24,000 bases of DNA from Fidelibacterota bacterium (GTDB lineage Bacteria; Fidelibacterota; Fidelibacteria; Fidelibacterales; Fidelibacteraceae): positions 2,456-26,455 of the forward strand of contig JAQVTR010000023.1 of NCBI GenBank assembly GCA_028699915.1. The letters run 5' to 3'. The number at the start of each line of letters is the position of its first letter. Position 1 is the stretch's first letter. The notes under the pieces were generated by a model. That model ran no database searches and was not told the DNA's origin. It saw only the letters and a program-made list of their open reading frames with translations. Shown here piece after piece: positions 15,190 to 20,774 of the stretch. Made by a program: the position numbers and the translations under genes.

Positions 15190-15609
15190 ATGCCCAGACC
15201 GCCAAAAACACGATGGATATACGGCGACTTCGAAGCGGAGTATTTCAAGCCGCGCGGCCGCAGAATGAGCGAAATAGACGAGATCAGCCTGGAAGCCGAT
15301 GAACTCGAAGCACTGCGGCTTGCGGACCTGGAAGAATTGTATCAGAACGACGCCGCCGAAAAAATGGGTGTTTCCCGGCAGACCTTTGGAAATATCCTGA
15401 AACATGCGCACCAAAAAATTGCCGATGCGCTGATCCATGGGAAAGCCATCCGCATGTTCCCGCCCTCCGGCGGACAACAACACTGCCATCGCTGCGGACA
15501 ACCCTGGTCGGAAACCATCCAGGGACCGGCAGCCGATGAATGTCCCGAATGCGCAAGGGATCGGCACGGGTATGGTCACGGGCACGGGCGGGGCAAACGA
15601 ATAAAATAA
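15190..15609 (+). CDS. DUF134 (UPF0251) family putative DNA-binding protein with C-terminal CxxC...CxxC zinc ribbon and His/Gly tail
   Basis: 139 aa from the ATG at 15190 (AGGAG 5 nt upstream). It has the family-typical N-terminus MPRPPKTRW...FKPRG and a sigma-r4-like HTH (LEALRLADLEELYQNDAAEKMGVSRQTFGNILKHAHQKIADAL). The tail is HCHRCGQPW-x15-CPECARDRHGYGHGHGRGKRIK. Confidence 0.8.
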   Translation: MPRPPKTRWIYGDFEAEYFKPRGRRMSEIDEISLEADELEALRLADLEELYQNDAAEKMGVSRQTFGNILKHAHQKIADALIHGKAIRMFPPSGGQQHCHRCGQPWSETIQGPAADECPECARDRHGYGHGHGRGKRIK

Positions 15610-15634
15610 GAACAAACATAGAAAGGAGAATATT

Positions 15635-15934
15635 ATGCCACGAGGAGACAGAACCGGACCCGACGGAATGGGCCCGATGACGGGAAGGGGATTGGGACTT
15701 TGCAGGAACTATGACAGTCCCGGCTATGTTCGGCGCGGATTTGCCAGCGGTCGCGGAGCGGGATTCGGCAGAGGATTGGGACGCGGCCTTGGCTGGCGCT
15801 CACGCGCTTTTTATGATTCCCGTACTCCGGCAGCCGAAACCGACGATCTGCAGATGCTGAAAGAAGAATCCCGGCGCCTGAACGATGATCTTAAGTCGAT
15901 CAACTCCCGGATCAGGGAAATAGAAAAAACCTGA
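15635..15934 (+). CDS. DUF5320 family protein (Gly/Arg-rich N-terminus, C-terminal coiled coil)
   Basis: 99 aa with an AAGGAG SD. The N-terminus MPRGDRTGPDGMGPMTGRGLGLC matches the family signature MPRxDxTGPxGxGPMTGRG. It is followed by GRG repeats and the helix DDLQMLKEESRRLNDDLKSINSRIREIEK. Confidence 0.7.
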   Translation: MPRGDRTGPDGMGPMTGRGLGLCRNYDSPGYVRRGFASGRGAGFGRGLGRGLGWRSRAFYDSRTPAAETDDLQMLKEESRRLNDDLKSINSRIREIEKT

Positions 15935-16008
15935 AGCCGCTAAACAAATCGGCAGAACACACTGACGAAAACCGCAGTTGATATCGGCCGGCAATGGGAA
16001 ATTTATCT

Positions 16009-16890
16009 ATGAAAATCAGTATTGCGAGCGGAAAAGGCGGAACCGGAAAAACAACACTGGCAAGCAATCTGGCGATGTACCTGTCGGAATTTCAGGATGT
16101 CGTTCTTGCGGATCTGGATGTGGAGGAGCCGAATTCCGGACTCTTTATCCGGGCAGCGGCTTTGCACGAAGAAATATTCAATACCATGATACCGGAATGG
16201 CAGCAAGAGGTCTGTACGCTCTGTGACCGCTGCCGGGAAGTCTGTAATTTTAACGCCATTACCCGCATCGCGGATGAGATCCTGGTATTCCCGCAGCTCT
16301 GCCATTCCTGCTATGCCTGTTCGGAACTATGTCCGGTCAACGCCCTGCCGATGAAACCCAAAAAATGCGGGATCATAAGGCATTTTCGGCGGGAAAAGCT
16401 GGATTTCATCGAAGGCGTTCTGGATATCGGCGAAGAACAGGCCGTGCCGCTGATCGCAGGAACCCTGAGCTATATCAGCGAACATTTCCCGGCCGGGATA
16501 TTGCGTATTGCCGATGCGCCGCCCGGAACCTCCTGCCCCATGATCGCGGCACTTAAAGATGCCGATTATGTAATATTGGTAACCGAACCAACCCCCGTGG
16601 GGCTCTATGACCTGGGCCTGGCGGTCGATACCGTGCGCGCACTCAAAAAGAATTTTGGGGTTGTGCTCAACCGGGACGGGATCGGGAACAGCGATGTGGA
16701 AACCTATTGCAAAAAAGAACATATTCCGCTGATCGCACGTATCCCCCAGCAGCGCCGCATTGCGGAACACTATGCCGAAGGTAAATTGCTCTATAAAAAC
16801 ATCCCGGAGGTCCGCAGCGCACTGGAACAAATCAGCCGGACACTTGGCCTTGTAATCGGAACACGCAATACGGAAAAGGGCCGCCAATGA
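16009..16890 (+). CDS. MinD/ParA-superfamily P-loop ATPase with inserted 2x[4Fe-4S] ferredoxin domain (COG1149-type), paralogue 1
   Basis: Deviant Walker A IASGKGGTGKTT; CTLCDRCREVC and CHSCYACSELCP (CxxCxxCxxxC(P) x2); PPGTSCPMIAAL; VILVTEPTP. The start is taken at MKISIASGKGG (16009); the ATG at 15994 is an alternative. Confidence 0.85.
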   Translation: MKISIASGKGGTGKTTLASNLAMYLSEFQDVVLADLDVEEPNSGLFIRAAALHEEIFNTMIPEWQQEVCTLCDRCREVCNFNAITRIADEILVFPQLCHSCYACSELCPVNALPMKPKKCGIIRHFRREKLDFIEGVLDIGEEQAVPLIAGTLSYISEHFPAGILRIADAPPGTSCPMIAALKDADYVILVTEPTPVGLYDLGLAVDTVRALKKNFGVVLNRDGIGNSDVETYCKKEHIPLIARIPQQRRIAEHYAEGKLLYKNIPEVRSALEQISRTLGLVIGTRNTEKGRQ

Positions 16891-17768
16891 AAGAAATAGT
16901 AGTCATCTCCGGAAAAGGCGGGACCGGGAAAACCTCGGTAACGGCTTCTTTTGCCGTGCTTGGAGAAAAGGATCTGGTGGTTGCGGACTGCGATGTGGAT
17001 GCGGCGGACATGCACGTGTTCCTGGATCCCGATTATCGGGAGAAGCATGATTTTTACAGCGGCGAACTGGCGCAGATCGATCCGGAGACCTGTATCCAGT
17101 GCGGGAAATGCGCGGAGGTTTGCCGCTTTAATGCGATCGATATTGTTAACGGGAGCCATCATGTGAAAGAACTCGATTGCGAAGGTTGCGGCTACTGCGC
17201 CAGGGTTTGTCCCGTTAATGCCATTAAGAATATCCGGAATCATGTGGGCTACTGGTACCGCTCCCGGATCAAGACCGGAGCCGGAATGATCCACGCCAGA
17301 ATGAAGGTAGGTGCCGAGAATTCCGGAAAGCTGGTGGCCAAAGTCAAACAGGAAGCCGCGAAACTCGCGGAAAGCACGAATAAAAAATATGTCCTGGTCG
17401 ACGGTTCTCCGGGCATCGGCTGCCCGGTGATATCCTCGCTTTCCGGAGCCGCCTATGCCGTGCTCGTCACAGAACCCACACTGTCGGGCTTGCATGATCT
17501 GGAACGCGTTTACAGCGTGGTCGAGCGGTTCAGAATTCCGGCGGGATGCATTATCAATAAGGCGGATCTGAATATCCGGAACCGGGATAAAATACGGGAA
17601 TTTTTAAAGGACAAGGCCATCGACTTGCTGGCGGAACTGCCTTACGATCTGCGTATCTCCACCTTGATGGTCGGGGGAAGGACCATGGTGGAAGATCCCG
17701 CGATCGAAAGCGGAGCAATGCTCGGGAAAAGCTGGAATTATATCCTCAATAGATTAAAAATGAATTGA
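16887..17768 (+). CDS. MinD/ParA-superfamily P-loop ATPase with inserted 2x[4Fe-4S] ferredoxin domain (COG1149-type), paralogue 2
   Basis: ATGA overlap with paralogue 1. VISGKGGTGKTS; CIQCGKCAEVC and CEGCGYCARVCP; SPGIGCPVISSL; AVLVTEPTLSG. Confidence 0.85.
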   Translation: MKEIVVISGKGGTGKTSVTASFAVLGEKDLVVADCDVDAADMHVFLDPDYREKHDFYSGELAQIDPETCIQCGKCAEVCRFNAIDIVNGSHHVKELDCEGCGYCARVCPVNAIKNIRNHVGYWYRSRIKTGAGMIHARMKVGAENSGKLVAKVKQEAAKLAESTNKKYVLVDGSPGIGCPVISSLSGAAYAVLVTEPTLSGLHDLERVYSVVERFRIPAGCIINKADLNIRNRDKIREFLKDKAIDLLAELPYDLRISTLMVGGRTMVEDPAIESGAMLGKSWNYILNRLKMN

Positions 17769-17784
17769 AAAGAAAGGAAAGACC

Positions 17785-18123
17785 ATGAAAATAGCTTTCA
17801 GTGCAAGAGGAAAGGAATGGGAGGATGCCATTGATCCGCGTTTCGGACGCAGTGAGTATTTTCTTGTTTATGACGAAGAAAGCCAGGAGCTGTCTGTCAT
17901 TGATAACCGCGACGTTGTGCAGGAAGCGCATGGCGCGGGTCCGAGGACCGCTCAGCGCCTGCTGGATGAAAAGGTTTCCGTACTGGTCACCGGAAACGGA
18001 CCCGGCGGCAATGCGGCCGGTGTGCTGAGCCGCGCCGGTATCAAGGTTTATGCGGGAGCCGGAGCTATGAGCATCCGGGAAGCTTACCAGGCATACAAGG
18101 CCGGAAAGCTGCCTTTGTATTAA
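17785..18123 (+). CDS. NifX/NifB-C-terminal-type (dinitrogenase FeMo-cofactor-biosynthesis domain) small protein, subtype 1
   Basis: 112 aa: MKIAFSA...IDPRFGRSEYFLVYD...VLVTGNGPGGNAAGVLSRAGIKVY, the typical pattern of the Nitro_FeMo-Co (PF02579) domain. Confidence 0.8.
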   Translation: MKIAFSARGKEWEDAIDPRFGRSEYFLVYDEESQELSVIDNRDVVQEAHGAGPRTAQRLLDEKVSVLVTGNGPGGNAAGVLSRAGIKVYAGAGAMSIREAYQAYKAGKLPLY

Positions 18124-18228
18124 ATCCGGCCTTGTTAATAAGGACAGGAACCTGTAAGTTAATTCCGGATCATTCCGTCCGTTGCGGAAATATATAAATG
18201 AAATTAAAAAAAAAAGAGGAGTATCAGA

Positions 18229-18564
18229 ATGATCATTGCAGTACCGGTTAAGGGAGGACTTTTATCGCAGCATTTCGGGCATTGTGAAAGTTTTCGGCTT
18301 TTTCATACGGACAAAGATAAAAACATTCTTCGCAACGAAGACCTGACGCCGCCGCCGCACGAACCCGGGGTTCTGCCGAAATGGCTTGCGGAACAAAAAG
18401 CGAACGTGATCATCACCGGCGGCATGGGAATGCATGCGCAGCAGCTGTTTGCGCAGAACGGGATCGAAGTTGTGCTCGGTGCTCCGGCGGGTGATCCGCT
18501 ATGTATTGCTGAGGAGTGGCTGAAAGGTTCCCTGGAAAGCGGAGCCAATCCCTGCGATCATTAA
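18229..18564 (+). CDS. NifX/NifB-C-terminal-type small protein, subtype 2 (His/Cys-bearing)
   Basis: 111 aa with a GAGGAG SD: MIIAVPV...LSQHFGHCESFRLF...VIITGGMGMHAQQLFAQNGIEVVLG...GANPCDH. Confidence 0.8.
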   Translation: MIIAVPVKGGLLSQHFGHCESFRLFHTDKDKNILRNEDLTPPPHEPGVLPKWLAEQKANVIITGGMGMHAQQLFAQNGIEVVLGAPAGDPLCIAEEWLKGSLESGANPCDH

Positions 18565-18581
18565 AAAACGGGCACCAGGAA

Positions 18582-18606
18582 AACACCCCGCCATCGGCGG
18601 GGTGTT
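18582..18606. terminator. 11-bp GC-rich hairpin shared by the converging NifX-like operon and tRNA-Glu
   Basis: AACACCCCGCC-ATC-GGCGGGGTGTT. On the minus strand it is followed by TTTTCC, which makes a good terminator 1 nt after the tRNA 3' end. On the plus strand it is followed by GTATCCCC, a poor U tract. Confidence 0.6.
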
Positions 18607-18607
18607 G

Positions 18608-18679
18608 TATCCCCTAGGGGATTCGAACCCCTGTTGCAGGAATGAAAATCCTGAGTCCTGACCACTGAACGAAGGGGAC
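18608..18679 (-). tRNA. tRNA-Glu (anticodon UUC)
   Basis: The reverse complement GTCCCCTTCGTTCAGTGGTCAGGACTCAGGATTTTCATTCCTGCAACAGGGGTTCGAATCCCCTAGGGGATA folds as a cloverleaf: a 7-bp acceptor stem (G1.U72 wobble), D stem GTTC/GGAC, anticodon stem CAGGA/TCCTG with loop TTTTCAT (anticodon TTC), and T arm AGGGG-TTCGAAT-CCCCT. It closely resembles E. coli tRNA-Glu. CCA is not encoded. Confidence 0.93.
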
Positions 18680-18696
18680 AGATGTCAGAGCCCGAA

Positions 18697-18725
18697 ATTA
18701 TAAAATGTTTTGCATAGAGAGGCAA
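18697..18725 (-). promoter_or_regulatory. sigma70-like promoter of tRNA-Glu (TTGCCT - 17 nt - TATAAT on the minus strand)
   Basis: The complement of 18720-18725 is TTGCCT and the complement of 18697-18702 is TATAAT, with a 17-nt spacer. The -10 lies 17 nt upstream of the tRNA 5' end. Confidence 0.55.
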
Positions 18726-18755
18726 GTAATATTTCATCTTTTTAAGGAGAACGGC

Positions 18756-19979
18756 ATGAATTTTCCGATAATACGAAGAATAATGCTTTTATTGCTCTTT
18801 TCGGCCTTTTTTGCCGCCGCTGAAAACGCGTTGCGGGAGGATATGGAAAAGGATATTGTTTTTCTGAGTTCGGAAAAATGCCGGGGTCGGAGTTATTCCG
18901 CCGGCGGTATTGTTCATGCGGAGCGCTATATTGTCCGCCGGCTCAAAAACAGCGGTATCCGGGCTTTCCGGCAGACAGTGCCCTACACCCTGAACGTAAC
19001 CCTCGAAACGCCGCTTTGCATTCTTAACGGCGATACGCTGCGGCCGGGTTATGATTTTATCCCGCATCCTTACAGCGCCTCTTTCCGCGGACATTATGGT
19101 CCGGAAAATATCGAGCTATTCGGAGAAGATACGCTGAAAATACTGCAGGACTCCCTGGACCTCTTCAGTATTTCCACCGTGCGGCGCCATATCATGAAGA
19201 CCCGTGACGGCAAAACGGGATCCGCTCTGCTGATCTTCCCCGAAGAAGAGATTCTGCAAAGCAAACAGGACAAACGTTATCATGCTGCCGGTCTGCAGAT
19301 CCGTGCCGCCCTGCTGGAGGACGGTATTGATAACATTTTCCTTTATCACCGCAGCGCTGTTAAAAAACTCCGCGGCAAAAACCTGATTGCCCTGATCCCG
19401 GGCCGCGCGGACAGCGATTCCCTGATCATGCTGACGGCACACTATGATCACATGGGTGCCTTGGGGGATATCTGGTATCCCGGTGCCAACGACAACGCTA
19501 GCGGCGTTGCGGTCCTGCTGGCGCTTGCCCGCCATTATGCCGAAAATCCGCCGCCATTTTCGCTGGTATTCTGTTTTTTGAACGGTGAGGAACAGGGACT
19601 TCTGGGAGCTGCGCATTACGCCGAAAATCCGCTTTATGATCTGTCCCGGGTCATGAGCCTGGTCAATCTGGACATGGTGGGTTCCGGCAGAAAGGGATAC
19701 GGCATGGTGAACGGTGCCGCCTGTCCCAAAGAAGCCGCCATCCTGCAGGACATTTGCCGGAAAAATGAATTCGGGGAACTGCGCATACGGGACAATAGTC
19801 CGAACAGCGACCACTATCCCTTTACCGAACGCGGCGTACCCGCTTTTTTCCTGTATACCTCAGGCGGGGAACAGCCCTACCATCATCCGGATGATCTTGC
19901 CGGAACACTGGACTGGGATGTACTGGAAAAGACCGTTTTACTGGTCCGGGAATTCATCGCGCTGCGCTCGGCAAAATAA
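18756..19979 (+). CDS. Secreted M28-family zinc aminopeptidase
   Basis: 407 aa from the ATG at 18756 (AAGGAG 6 nt upstream) with signal peptide MNFPIIRRIMLLLLFSAFFAAAEN. M28 ligand blocks are present: AHYDHMG, PGANDNASGVAVLLALARH, NGEEQGLLGAAHY, NLDMVG, SDHYPF. The ORF-track start at 18705 overlaps the tRNA promoter. Confidence 0.85.
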   Translation: MNFPIIRRIMLLLLFSAFFAAAENALREDMEKDIVFLSSEKCRGRSYSAGGIVHAERYIVRRLKNSGIRAFRQTVPYTLNVTLETPLCILNGDTLRPGYDFIPHPYSASFRGHYGPENIELFGEDTLKILQDSLDLFSISTVRRHIMKTRDGKTGSALLIFPEEEILQSKQDKRYHAAGLQIRAALLEDGIDNIFLYHRSAVKKLRGKNLIALIPGRADSDSLIMLTAHYDHMGALGDIWYPGANDNASGVAVLLALARHYAENPPPFSLVFCFLNGEEQGLLGAAHYAENPLYDLSRVMSLVNLDMVGSGRKGYGMVNGAACPKEAAILQDICRKNEFGELRIRDNSPNSDHYPFTERGVPAFFLYTSGGEQPYHHPDDLAGTLDWDVLEKTVLLVREFIALRSAK

Positions 19980-19994
19980 GTCCGGCACAGTGCA

Positions 19995-20774
19995 TTAAGG
20001 ACTTTCCAGATAGCCAATACTAAAATACCTGTCCGGTACATCCGGATTGTAATGATATTCCCGCATGATCATTTCCGAGCTGCGCCCGTCCAACGTATTT
20101 TCAATTTGCATATGAGTAACCAGATAGCGTTGTTTTTCCGCATCGATTTGTTCATAATCCTTAATGGTCAGTACCTTATGCAAGTGTCCTTCAAAATCGT
20201 ATATTTCCGAACGAAGGCTGACAAACTCGCTTTTTGTAACCCAGCTGATCTTATACAAAAAACCGTATTCATCCTCTTTGGTTCTGCTGACCGGTGTGGA
20301 TTTGATCTTCCAGCACAATCTGTCACCCAAATATTCTTCTCCCATGATCTCATCGCGAAAATCATCGGGATTCGGAGCGGACATGTCGGCATTGGAAAAT
20401 TCCGAGCCCATAAAAGATTTGCTTTTTTCGCTTGATACAATGCGCCGCGATTTTCGGCTTGCCGGCATGTAAACCCACATATCGTCATCGCGGTCCCCGT
20501 AATCGACGATCAGCATTCCCATACCGCGTACATCGGCGGGTTCCAGAAAGCGGATAAGGCGTTTTTCGACATCTCCGGGATAGCTCTTTGAGGCAAGCAC
20601 GGTGGTGCGTACCCGCTCATTGCCGCGATCATTCCGGATGATCAGCGTCGAAACCGCTTCAAGTCCGCTGAGCGTTGTTCGCAGCCGCAGCGTTTGCATA
20701 ATATCCCGTGCGCTTTCTGCAGACAGGGATACGGACAGGATCAGTGTAAAGAACACAAATAATATTTTCTTCAT
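19995..20774 (-). CDS. LolA-like periplasmic protein (outer-membrane lipoprotein-sorting-protein family)
   Basis: 259 aa from the ATG (complement of 20772-20774) with a GGAG SD and an ATGA overlap with the MMPL stop. It has an SPase-I signal MKKILFVFFTLILSVSLSA/ES. The family block is LIRFLEPADVRGMGMLIVDY...DDMWVYMPASRKSRRI...KSFMGSEFSNADM. Confidence 0.65.
   Translation of the reverse strand: MKKILFVFFTLILSVSLSAESARDIMQTLRLRTTLSGLEAVSTLIIRNDRGNERVRTTVLASKSYPGDVEKRLIRFLEPADVRGMGMLIVDYGDRDDDMWVYMPASRKSRRIVSSEKSKSFMGSEFSNADMSAPNPDDFRDEIMGEEYLGDRLCWKIKSTPVSRTKEDEYGFLYKISWVTKSEFVSLRSEIYDFEGHLHKVLTIKDYEQIDAEKQRYLVTHMQIENTLDGRSSEMIMREYHYNPDVPDRYFSIGYLESP

Noticed and set aside
15190-18564. Reading the NifX-like genes as evidence of a nitrogen-fixation (nif) cluster.
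   Set aside because: No nifH/D/K, nifE/N, radical-SAM nifB or nifV is present in the window. The ATPases are MinD/COG1149-type with ferredoxin inserts, not NifH. Only the small carrier domain is shared with nif systems.
14262-18680. tRNA-Glu-targeted genomic island comprising the transposase and the DUF134 operon.
   Set aside because: There is no integrase gene. I found no direct repeat of the tRNA 3' end (TTCGAATCCCCTAGGGGATA or its complement) near 14262-14320. The operon GC looks like the backbone, and only the transposase block is low-GC.
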